A stretch of DNA of 64,000 bases. Source: Clostridia bacterium (GTDB taxonomy: Bacteria > Bacillota > Clostridia > Oscillospirales > CAG-272). The stretch spans positions 16,316-80,315 of the forward strand of contig JAFTCN010000063.1 of assembly GCA_017454675.1 (NCBI GenBank), written 5' to 3'. The notes beneath the pieces are model-generated. The model saw nothing but the letters and a program-made list of their open reading frames with translations. It searched no databases and had not been told where the DNA came from. This document shows, one piece after another, positions 56,060 through 64,000 of this stretch; within the stretch, counting starts at the first letter, position 1; each line of letters opens with the position of its first letter. A program made the translations under genes and the position numbers.

Positions 56060-58633
56060 ATGGCAAAAGATCCCGGACAGAGATATCTTGAAATAAAGCG
56101 GAAACTCTTCGAGCGCCTGTACGGCGACCTCAATCCCGAGCAGCGGAAGGCGGTCTTCTCGGTGAACGGCCCGCTGCTCGTCTTCGCCGGAGCGGGCAGC
56201 GGAAAGACTTCGGTGCTCGTGCGTCGCGTCGCGCATATCCTGCGGTACGGCAACGCATACGAGTCGGACATCGTCCCGGACGGCGTTTCCGGACAGACGC
56301 TGGCGGCTCTGGAGGAGGCGGTGAGCCTCCCGCCGGACGAGCTCGCCTTTCTGCTCGACGGCTTCGCGGAGGACCGCCCGTCGCCCTGGCGCGTGCTCGC
56401 GATCACTTTCACGAACAAGGCGGCGAACGAGATAAAGACGAGGCTCGAAACGCTGCTCGACGGCGAAGATGCCTTCTCCGGCATCTGGACCGGCACCTTC
56501 CACTCGGTCTGCATGCGGATGATCAGGTCGGACCCCGGAGCCGCCGGACTTCGCGACGGAGTGACGATCTACGACACCGACGACACTAAAAAACTCATAA
56601 CTGCCGTCGAGGCCGATCTGGGCATCGACGATCGGCAGGTCGGGGCGAAATACGCGGCGGCCGAGATAAGCAGGGCCAAGGAGGCGCTCATGTCGCCCGT
56701 CGATTATTCCGCCGGGGCTGCGAAGTCGCCGAACCCCAGGGCAAGGCTGTGCGCGATGATATATACCGAATACCAGCGCAGACTCACCGCGGCCAACGCC
56801 GTCGACTTCGACGACATTATAATGAAGACGGTGCTGATGCTGCGGAGCAGGGACGACATCAGGGAGCGCTATGCCGAAAAATTCAGATACATCTGCGTCG
56901 ACGAGTTCCAGGACACGAACCCCGCCCAGCTCGAGCTGGTAAAGCTCTTAGGGTCGTATCACGGGAACGTCATGGCCGTCGGCGACGACGACCAGAGCAT
57001 ATACGGCTTCCGCGGGGCAGTCGTTAAGAACATACTTGATTTCGAGAAAGAGTTCCGGGGCTGCCGGGTCGTCAAGCTCGAGCAGAACTACCGTTCGACC
57101 CAGACGATACTCGACGCCGCGAACGCCGTAATAGCAAAGAACACGTCGAGATACGGCAAGAGCCTGTGGACAGAGAAGAAGAGCGGGTCGAAGATAGTCC
57201 TCGAGATGTGCGAGAGCTCCGACTCCGAATCGAGGCGCGCAGCGGAGATCGTCAGGGAAGGAGTGGCGTCGGGCCGGAAATACAGCGACTACGCGCTGCT
57301 TTACCGTGTAAACGCGCAGTCGAACTCGCTCGAGAAGGCCTTTGCCCGAAGCGGGATACCCTACCGCATCTGCGGAGGCCAGCGGTTCAACGACCGCAAG
57401 GAGATAAAGGACATTACATCGTACCTGCAGCTGATCGCCAACCGCTCCGATACCGTGAGGCTCAGGCGGATCATCAACGAACCCAAGCGCGGGATCGGCG
57501 CCGCGACCGTCGACGCCGTCGAGCAGATCGCCTCCGAGACCGGAAAGAGCATGTTCGAAGTCATGGAGAGCGCTGACCGCTACACCGCGCTCGCGAGGTC
57601 GGCCGAAAAGCTGAAGTCGTTCTGCTCTGTGATAAACGCGCTCGACGGCATTTACCGCGGCGGCTGCGCTCTCGACGCCTTCATCGGGAAGGTGATCGAC
57701 ATGACCGGATACCGCCAGATGCTGCTCGAAGGCGGCGAGGCCGAGGCCGACAGGCTCGACAACCTCGAGGAGTTCGTATCGAACGCCGTCGAGTACATGG
57801 ACAGCGGCGAGGAACCGACGCTCGAGGGCTTCCTTGAACTCAACTCGCTGGTGTCGGACGTCGACAGCTACGACAGGGACGCCGACGCGGCCGTCATGAT
57901 GACGGTCCACAGCGCGAAGGGCCTTGAATTTCCCGTCGTGATTCTTCCGGGAATGGAGGAGGGTATATTCCCGTCGCAGCAGACCTTCATAGATCCGGAT
58001 GAGCTCGAGGAGGAGCGGAGGCTCGCTTACGTCGCGCTGACGAGGGCGAAGGAGCAGGTGTATATCATCCACACCTCCTACCGCATGCTGTACGGGCGGA
58101 CGATGCGCAATCAGCTGTCGAGGTTCGTCGCCGACATCCCCGGCGCGCTGATCGAGAAGAAGAGCGCTGAGACCTCCGCGTTCCCCGGATCTTTCGGAGC
58201 GGCGGATACGGGAGAAGGGAGATACCGCCCGTACCCCGGACGCGACGGCCGCGGATACGGAGGATACGGCAGAGACGGGTACGGCCCGTACGGCCGGTAC
58301 GGCGGAGAAGACAGAGGGTCACACGGCAGCACCGGCGGTGACGCCGGTCCCGGAAGCGCGGGAAGACGGCAGTCGCCAGGAGCGCCGGGCGGGATCAGAG
58401 TCGTCTCCGGCACGTTCTCGGCAGGCGGCCGGAAGAATTCCGCCGGGAGCGCGCCGCGCGAGATCTTCGGGCCGGGAGACAGGGTGGAGCACGCCGCATT
58501 CGGAGCCGGGACGGTGATCTCGGTGAAGAAGCTCGGCGCGGAGGCGATATACGAGATCGCCTTCGACGACGTCGGCACGAAGAAGCTCATGGCGAGCTAC
58601 GCGAAGCTCGTGAGGGGAACGGAAGGAAAATAA
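56060..58633 (+). CDS. pcrA: ATP-dependent DNA helicase PcrA/UvrD with a Gly/Tyr/Arg-rich insert before the C-terminal Tudor-like domain
   Basis: Walker A motif (AGAGSGKTSVL), DEFQDTN, TVHSAKGLEF, and YVALTRAKE. C-terminal FGPGDRVEHAAFGAGTVISV... domain. Confidence 0.93.
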   Translation: MAKDPGQRYLEIKRKLFERLYGDLNPEQRKAVFSVNGPLLVFAGAGSGKTSVLVRRVAHILRYGNAYESDIVPDGVSGQTLAALEEAVSLPPDELAFLLDGFAEDRPSPWRVLAITFTNKAANEIKTRLETLLDGEDAFSGIWTGTFHSVCMRMIRSDPGAAGLRDGVTIYDTDDTKKLITAVEADLGIDDRQVGAKYAAAEISRAKEALMSPVDYSAGAAKSPNPRARLCAMIYTEYQRRLTAANAVDFDDIIMKTVLMLRSRDDIRERYAEKFRYICVDEFQDTNPAQLELVKLLGSYHGNVMAVGDDDQSIYGFRGAVVKNILDFEKEFRGCRVVKLEQNYRSTQTILDAANAVIAKNTSRYGKSLWTEKKSGSKIVLEMCESSDSESRRAAEIVREGVASGRKYSDYALLYRVNAQSNSLEKAFARSGIPYRICGGQRFNDRKEIKDITSYLQLIANRSDTVRLRRIINEPKRGIGAATVDAVEQIASETGKSMFEVMESADRYTALARSAEKLKSFCSVINALDGIYRGGCALDAFIGKVIDMTGYRQMLLEGGEAEADRLDNLEEFVSNAVEYMDSGEEPTLEGFLELNSLVSDVDSYDRDADAAVMMTVHSAKGLEFPVVILPGMEEGIFPSQQTFIDPDELEEERRLAYVALTRAKEQVYIIHTSYRMLYGRTMRNQLSRFVADIPGALIEKKSAETSAFPGSFGAADTGEGRYRPYPGRDGRGYGGYGRDGYGPYGRYGGEDRGSHGSTGGDAGPGSAGRRQSPGAPGGIRVVSGTFSAGGRKNSAGSAPREIFGPGDRVEHAAFGAGTVISVKKLGAEAIYEIAFDDVGTKKLMASYAKLVRGTEGK

Positions 58634-58751
58634 GAACAGTTTTTCGGGAATCCGGCCGGCGAAAAAACGCCGCCGGAGGAAGAAAAACGAAGATTTTTGA
58701 AGAATTCCGGCAGATATATTAAAAATATCGGCGAAAACGGCGAAAAAACGC

Positions 58752-58780
58752 TTGACATACAGGTCCGGCAGTGTTATAAT
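58752..58780 (+). promoter_or_regulatory. Perfect consensus sigma-A promoter for rplM-rpsI
   Basis: TTGACA (58752-58757), 17 nt, TATAAT (58775-58780). Confidence 0.8.
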
Positions 58781-58786
58781 ATTGCG

Positions 58787-58838
58787 GTATTAAAAAAGAG
58801 AGGGCATACCATGCCCGGAAACTAACGGAGGAGATCCA
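58787..58838 (+). promoter_or_regulatory. Short rplM leader with a hairpin (possible L13 leader)
   Basis: GGGCAT-ACC-ATGCCC hairpin between the promoter and the RBS (GGAGGAG). Confidence 0.35.
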
Positions 58839-59267
58839 ATGTCCACTTACATGGCAAAGGCGGAAGAACTCGAGAGACGCTGGTACGTCATTGACGCAGC
58901 CGGCAAGCCTCTTGGAAAGACTGCCGTCAAAGCTGCCGTGATCCTTCGCGGCAAGCACCGTCCCGAATTCACCCCGCACGCCGACTGCGGCGAATACGTC
59001 ATCATCATCAATGCCGGCAAGGCTGTCCTGACCGGAAGAAAGCTCGAGCAGAAGTACTACGTGCGTCACTCCGGCTACATCGGCGGACTCAAGAAGGTCC
59101 AGTACAGGGAACTCATGGCGACCAGACCCGAGATGGCAATGGAACTCGCCGTAAAGAGGATGCTTCCCGACAACACCCTGGGACGCAAAGCCTTCACCAG
59201 ACTTCACGTCTATGCCGGCGCGGAGCACAGACACGCGGCGCAGAAGCCCGTCGACGTCGAAGAATGA
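58839..59267 (+). CDS. rplM: 50S ribosomal protein L13
   Basis: ...[13 protein letters not shown]...A..LRGKH.P.FTPH.D.GD.VI..NA.... Confidence 0.97.
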   Translation: MSTYMAKAEELERRWYVIDAAGKPLGKTAVKAAVILRGKHRPEFTPHADCGEYVIIINAGKAVLTGRKLEQKYYVRHSGYIGGLKKVQYRELMATRPEMAMELAVKRMLPDNTLGRKAFTRLHVYAGAEHRHAAQKPVDVEE

Positions 59268-59298
59268 CCGGTAAAGGAAGAGAGAGAGGTAAACTGTA

Positions 59299-59700
59299 AT
59301 GTATGAAAGTGCAAAGCCCTGCTTCTACGGAACCGGCAGAAGAAAGAAATCGGTAGCCCGCGTCCGCATCTATCCCGGGACCGGCGCCGTATCCATCAAC
59401 GGAAAATCGATCGACGAATACTTCGGACTCGAGACGATGAAGCTCATTGTCAACCAGCCCTTCGAAGTGACCGGCACCGCCGGCAAGTTCGACATCGTCG
59501 CCAAGGTCGTTGGCGGCGGACTCTCCGGCCAGGCCGGAGCCGTCAGACACGGTCTTGCGAGAGCTCTCGTCCTCGCCGACGAGGCCAACAAGCCTGCCCT
59601 TAAGGCCGCCGGTCTCCTCACCCGCGACCCCAGAATGAAGGAAAGAAAGAAATACGGACTCAAGGCTGCCCGCCGCGCGTCCCAGTTCTCCAAGAGATAA
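59299..59700 (+). CDS. rpsI: 30S ribosomal protein S9
   Basis: ...GTGRRK.SVARV.I.PG.G...ING... and the C-terminal ...[23 protein letters not shown]. Confidence 0.97.
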   Translation: MYESAKPCFYGTGRRKKSVARVRIYPGTGAVSINGKSIDEYFGLETMKLIVNQPFEVTGTAGKFDIVAKVVGGGLSGQAGAVRHGLARALVLADEANKPALKAAGLLTRDPRMKERKKYGLKAARRASQFSKR

Positions 59701-59885
59701 TCGGGCGTTTTTTCGGCAACCGCCGGGACGTCCGCAGAACGCCGGAAGCCCCGGACAGCGCAAAGCCGCACTGTCCGGGCCTTCTGCGGAATACGACTTC
59801 CGCCGACTGCGGCCCGTGCGGCCACTGCCCGCCAATCCCATCAGTCATCTAATATCAGATATTATTCAGGAGGTTCTTTCGGCCA

Positions 59886-60380
59886 ATGAAGAAGAAAATG
59901 ACCACGGTCGAATTCCGCGGAACTCCGGAGCAGGAAGCAAAGCTGCTTGAAGTGATCGCCAAATATGATGGTGTCAAGGGCAAGATGATGCCCATACTTC
60001 AGGAAGCTCAGGACATCTACGGTTATCTTCCGATCGAAGTTCAGAAGATCATCGCGGAAAAGACCGAAACCCCGCTCGAGGAGATCTACGGGATCGCGAC
60101 TTTCTACTCGCAGTTCAAACTGAATCCCAACGGCGAATACTCGGTGGCGGTCTGCCTCGGCACGGCCTGCTACGTAAAGGGTTCCGCCGGAGTCCTTGAG
60201 GAGATCTCAAAGGAACTCGGAGTCGAAGTCGGTTCCACCAGCTCCGACGGAAAGTACTCGCTTGAAGCGACCCGCTGCATCGGCGCATGCGGACTCGCGC
60301 CGGTTATGACGATCAACGGCGACGTCTACGGACGCATGACCAAGGATCAGGTAAAGGGCATCCTTGCCAAGTACCGCTGA
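59886..60380 (+). CDS. NuoE-like [2Fe-2S] subunit of a multimeric [FeFe]-hydrogenase (HydC type)
   Basis: 164 aa. Thioredoxin-like ferredoxin pattern: CLGTACYVKG...CIGACGLAPVMTING. First of three co-oriented genes ending in hydA. Confidence 0.88.
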   Translation: MKKKMTTVEFRGTPEQEAKLLEVIAKYDGVKGKMMPILQEAQDIYGYLPIEVQKIIAEKTETPLEEIYGIATFYSQFKLNPNGEYSVAVCLGTACYVKGSAGVLEEISKELGVEVGSTSSDGKYSLEATRCIGACGLAPVMTINGDVYGRMTKDQVKGILAKYR

Positions 60381-60406
60381 AAGTCCGGAGGGAAGAGGGA
60401 GAAAAA

Positions 60407-62248
60407 ATGACAACAACCGAACTTAACGTAGCAAAGGCTGCGGCCATCGAAGCCGGCAAGGCTGACGTTATCGTCACCGTCGGCATGGCCACCTGCGGCA
60501 TCGCCGCCGGAGCCGCTCCCGTGCTCGAAGCGATGAAGAAGGCGGTCGCCGATTCCGGCCGCACCGACATCCGCGTAAAGCAGGTGGGCTGCATAGGCAT
60601 CTGCCAGCACGAGCCCGTTCTCGAGGCCTATATCGGCGGAGAGAGATTCACCTACATCAACATGACCGCCGAGAAGGCGGAAAGAGTCTTCACGGAACAC
60701 ATCGTCGGCGGACAGCCGGTCGAGGAGTTCATGCTGAAGGAGAAGAACATCCCCGTGAGAAATCTGATGCAGACGACCTTCATGAAGCATCAGAAGAGAG
60801 TCGCGATGAGGAACTGCGGCAACATCGACCCCGAATCGATCGGCGAGTACATCGCCAGCGACGGGTACGCCGCCCTTGCAAAGGTCCTCACCTCGATGAC
60901 CCCCGACGAAGTAATCAGCCAGGTCCTGGCATCCGGTCTCCGCGGACGCGGAGGCGGCGGATTCCCGACCGGACTCAAGTGGAAATTCGCCTGCTCGAAC
61001 CGCGGCCAGGTGAAGAAGTACGTGGCCTGCAACGCCGACGAGGGCGACCCCGGAGCGTTCATGGACAGATCGGTCCTTGAAGGCGACCCGCACTCGGTCA
61101 TCGAGGCGATGGCCATCGCCGGTTACGCGATCGGCGCCGACGAGGGCTACATCTACGTCAGAGCCGAATACCCCACTGCCATCAAGAGACTTGAGATCGC
61201 CATCGATCAGGCGAAGAAGCTCGGCCTGCTCGGAAACGACATCTTCGGGACCGGGTTCAACTTCGACCTGAAGCTCAGATTCGGCGCCGGCGCTTTCGTC
61301 TGCGGCGAAGAGACCGCTCTCATGACCTCGATCGAGGGCAACCGCGGCGAGCCGAGACCCCGTCCGCCCTTCCCGGCGGTCAAGGGCCTGTTCGCCCAGC
61401 CCACGATCCTTAACAACGTCGAGACCTACGCGAACATCGCGCAGATCATCCTCAAGGGAGCCGACTGGTACCAGTCGCTCCAGATGCCCGGCTGCGCCGC
61501 CGGCACCAAGGTCTTCGCGCTGACCGGCAAGATCACCAACACCGGTCTCGTCGAGATCCCGATGGGCACCACGCTGCGCACCATCATCGAGGACATCGGC
61601 GGAGGCGTCCCGAACGGCAAGAAGTTCAAGGCCGCCCAGACCGGCGGACCTTCGGGCGGATGCATCCCCGCATCGCTCATCGACACCCCCATCGACTATG
61701 ACAACCTCGCCAAGATCGGATCGATCATCGGTTCGGGCGGCCTGATCGTCATGGACGAGGACACCTGCATGGTCGACATGGCCCGCTTCTTCCTCGACTT
61801 CACCGTTGACGAATCCTGCGGAAAGTGCACGCCCTGCCGCGTCGGTACGCACAGACTTCTCGAGATACTCGACAAGATCATCGCCGGAAACGGCACGCTC
61901 GAAGACCTCGACAGACTCGAGGAACTCGCGACCTACGTCAAATCGGCGTCGCTCTGCGGACTCGGACAGACCGCTCCGAACCCCGTTCTCTCGACCCTTA
62001 CGAGATTCAGGGACGAGTATGTCGCGCACGTCGTCGACAAGAAGTGCCCCGCCGGCGTCTGCAAGAACCTGCTCCGCTACCGCATCCTTGAGGACAAGTG
62101 CCGCGGCTGCACCGCCTGCGCCCGGAAGTGCCCGGTCGGCGCCCTCAGCGGGACCGTTAAGAATCCTCACAGGATAGATCCCTCGAAGTGCATCAAGTGC
62201 GGCGTCTGCATGGCAACGTGCAAGTTCGGCGCCGTAGTGAAGGAATAA
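60407..62248 (+). CDS. NuoF-like flavoprotein subunit (HydB type) with an N-terminal [2Fe-2S] domain and C-terminal 2x[4Fe-4S] ferredoxin
   Basis: GRGGGGFPTGLKW (FMN site), the ESCGKCTPCR cluster, and C-terminal CRGCTACARKCP...CIKCGVCMATC. ATG 60407 follows GGGAAGAGGGAG; the track start at 60287 is inside the previous gene. Confidence 0.9.
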   Translation: MTTTELNVAKAAAIEAGKADVIVTVGMATCGIAAGAAPVLEAMKKAVADSGRTDIRVKQVGCIGICQHEPVLEAYIGGERFTYINMTAEKAERVFTEHIVGGQPVEEFMLKEKNIPVRNLMQTTFMKHQKRVAMRNCGNIDPESIGEYIASDGYAALAKVLTSMTPDEVISQVLASGLRGRGGGGFPTGLKWKFACSNRGQVKKYVACNADEGDPGAFMDRSVLEGDPHSVIEAMAIAGYAIGADEGYIYVRAEYPTAIKRLEIAIDQAKKLGLLGNDIFGTGFNFDLKLRFGAGAFVCGEETALMTSIEGNRGEPRPRPPFPAVKGLFAQPTILNNVETYANIAQIILKGADWYQSLQMPGCAAGTKVFALTGKITNTGLVEIPMGTTLRTIIEDIGGGVPNGKKFKAAQTGGPSGGCIPASLIDTPIDYDNLAKIGSIIGSGGLIVMDEDTCMVDMARFFLDFTVDESCGKCTPCRVGTHRLLEILDKIIAGNGTLEDLDRLEELATYVKSASLCGLGQTAPNPVLSTLTRFRDEYVAHVVDKKCPAGVCKNLLRYRILEDKCRGCTACARKCPVGALSGTVKNPHRIDPSKCIKCGVCMATCKFGAVVKE

Positions 62249-62262
62249 GGAGGTAGCTAACG

Positions 62263-64000
62263 ATGGATGCTGTTAATGTAAAGATCAACGGCAAAGACTA
62301 CGCCGTCCGCAAGGGCATGACGGTCCTCGAGGCCGCCAGAGAAGCCAAGATCGATATTCCCACCCTCTGCTATCTCAAGGACATAAACGAGATCGGTGCC
62401 TGCCGTCTCTGCCTCGTCGAGGTCTCCGAAGGCGGGAAGCCCTACAGAATGGTCACCGCCTGCGTGTACCCCGTATCCGAGGGCATGTCGATCCTGACGA
62501 ACACCCCGAAGATCAACGCCGCGAGGAAGACCAACCTCGAGCTGATCCTCTCGAACCACGAGAAGAAGTGCCTCACCTGCGTCCGCTCCACCACCTGCGA
62601 ACTCCAGAAGCTCTGCAACGAGTACGGCGTTGACGAGGACTATTTCGGCGGCGAGCGCAAGCACTACGAGCTTGACACATCTTCTCCCGCCATCATACGC
62701 GACAACAACAAGTGCATCCTCTGCCGCCGCTGCGTAGCGGCCTGCAAGACGATGCAGGGCATCGGAGTCATCGGCGCCAACGACCGCGGCTTCGATACGC
62801 ACATCGGCTGCGCCTTCGAGAAGGATCTCGGAGACGTCTCCTGCGTCAACTGCGGTCAGTGCATCGTCGCCTGCCCCGTCGGAGCTCTCTACGAGAGAGA
62901 CGACACCGACAAGGTCAGGGAAGCGATCGCCGACCCGTCGAAGAAGGTCTACATCTGCACCGCCCCCTCGGTCAGAGCCCAGATCGGCGAATGCTTCGGC
63001 TACGCCCCCGGCACCGACTGCGAGCCCCAGATGGTCGAGGCCCTCAAGATGCTCGGATTCGACGGCGTGTTCGACATGAACCTCACCGCCGACCTGACCA
63101 TCATCGAGGAGGCCAACGAGCTGATCGGCCGTATCCAGAACGGCGGAAAGCTGCCGATGATCACCTCCTGCTCACCCGGATGGATCAAGTACTGCGAGCA
63201 TTATTTCCCCGATTTCACCGACAATCTCTCGACATGCAAGTCGCCTCAGCAGATGTTCGGCGCCGTCATGAAGACATACTTCGCCGAGAAGGAAGGCATC
63301 GATCCGAAGGATATCTTCTTCGTATCCGCCATCCCCTGCACGGCCAAGAAGTTTGAGGTCGGCCGCGACGGTCAGTCTGCTTCCGGTTATCCGGACGTTG
63401 ACGTCGCTATCACCACCCGCGAGGTCGGCAGAATGATCCAGAAGGCGGGAATCGACTTCCGCGCTCTCAAGGGCACCGAGTTCGACAAACCCTTCGACAT
63501 CGGTTCGGGCGCCGGCGCCATCTTCGGCGCGACGGGCGGCGTTATGGAGGCCGCTCTCCGCTACGCTGCGGAGATCATCCTCGGCAAACCGCTCGAGAAG
63601 CCCCTCGAGACCCCCGAAGTCAGACGTCAGAACGGTTCCGACGAAGGCTACCGCACCGCCTCCTACAAGGTCGGCGATATGGAAGTCAGAGTCGCCGTCG
63701 CGTCGGGCACGAAGAACGCGAAGCAGCTCCTCAAGGATGTGGAAGCCGGCAAGCTGGACGTCCACTTCATCGAGATCATGTGCTGCCCCGGCGGATGTGT
63801 GAACGGCGGCGGTCAGCCCTATCAGCCCGCTTCGGTCCGCAATACCGTCGACCTGCGCGCTCTCCGCGCCGCGGTCCTCTACAACGACGACAGGAACTGC
63901 GACATCAGAGAATCGCAGAAGAACGCCGCCGTCATGAAGCTCTACGACGAGTACTTCGGCAAACCGAACAGCCACAAGGCTCACGAAGTCCTGCACACCC
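62263..64000 (+). CDS. hydA: [FeFe]-hydrogenase catalytic subunit HydA (partial, continues past the window); absent from the ORF track
   Basis: Translated by hand from ATG 62263 (AAGGAGG upstream) with no stop to 64000. N-terminal [2Fe-2S] and F-cluster Cys motifs. H-domain motifs are TSCSPGW (63163-63183), IPCTAKKFE (63331-63357) and EIMCCPGGCVNGGGQP (63772-63819). Confidence 0.92.
   Translation, partial: MDAVNVKINGKDYAVRKGMTVLEAAREAKIDIPTLCYLKDINEIGACRLCLVEVSEGGKPYRMVTACVYPVSEGMSILTNTPKINAARKTNLELILSNHEKKCLTCVRSTTCELQKLCNEYGVDEDYFGGERKHYELDTSSPAIIRDNNKCILCRRCVAACKTMQGIGVIGANDRGFDTHIGCAFEKDLGDVSCVNCGQCIVACPVGALYERDDTDKVREAIADPSKKVYICTAPSVRAQIGECFGYAPGTDCEPQMVEALKMLGFDGVFDMNLTADLTIIEEANELIGRIQNGGKLPMITSCSPGWIKYCEHYFPDFTDNLSTCKSPQQMFGAVMKTYFAEKEGIDPKDIFFVSAIPCTAKKFEVGRDGQSASGYPDVDVAITTREVGRMIQKAGIDFRALKGTEFDKPFDIGSGAGAIFGATGGVMEAALRYAAEIILGKPLEKPLETPEVRRQNGSDEGYRTASYKVGDMEVRVAVASGTKNAKQLLKDVEAGKLDVHFIEIMCCPGGCVNGGGQPYQPASVRNTVDLRALRAAVLYNDDRNCDIRESQKNAAVMKLYDEYFGKPNSHKAHEVLHT

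Overview
GC-rich Firmicutes/Clostridia-type chromosomal segment, with strong third-position G/C bias and long antisense shadow ORFs. It is almost entirely core housekeeping genes. In order: a compact dcw cluster (ftsL-like, class B PBP with PASTA repeats, murF, mraY, ftsW/spoVE, murG, ftsQ/divIB, ftsZ); a three-gene accessory insert (nucleoside hydrolase, GcnA-like GH20 hexosaminidase, 1224-aa PHP + lamin-tail-domain protein); rplJ-rplL on the minus strand with promoter and L10 leader; a polytopic membrane protein with an (A-[A/T]-E-[A/T])n tail followed by an HTH regulator; the complete S10-spc-alpha ribosomal super-operon (rpsJ to rplQ, including secY, adk, map, infA, rpmJ, rpoA); prmC; cimA flanked by two tandem-repeat arrays; tRNA-Arg(CCU); nif3-like, HAD, murB, whiA, dnaE, a class A PBP, a lipoprotein, an mnmA gene remnant, secA, an unknown membrane protein, pcrA, rplM-rpsI; and the start of a trimeric HydC-HydB-HydA [FeFe]-hydrogenase operon that runs off the window. 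Two real genes are missing from the ORF track: rpmJ (34355-34468, TTG start) and the open-ended hydA (62263 onward). I saw no transposase, integrase, CRISPR array, toxin-antitoxin pair or recognisable defence gene, and I cannot point to a clear new multi-gene system. The most interesting signals are smaller. (1) A consensus promoter followed by about 400 nt of densely hairpinned non-coding RNA ahead of rpsJ. (2) A Cys-to-Ser change at an H-cluster ligand position (TSCSPGW) in HydA. (3) A PHP/LTD giant protein with no signal peptide and a C-terminal tail anchor. (4) The repeat-tailed membrane protein, its HTH regulator and a doubled TGTTAACA palindrome upstream. (5) Hairpin-forming tandem repeats on both sides of cimA. 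(6) Unusually long structured spacers inside the ribosomal operons. (7) Low-complexity extensions in S3 and PcrA. All functional calls come from reading motifs and gene order by eye; no database search was run.
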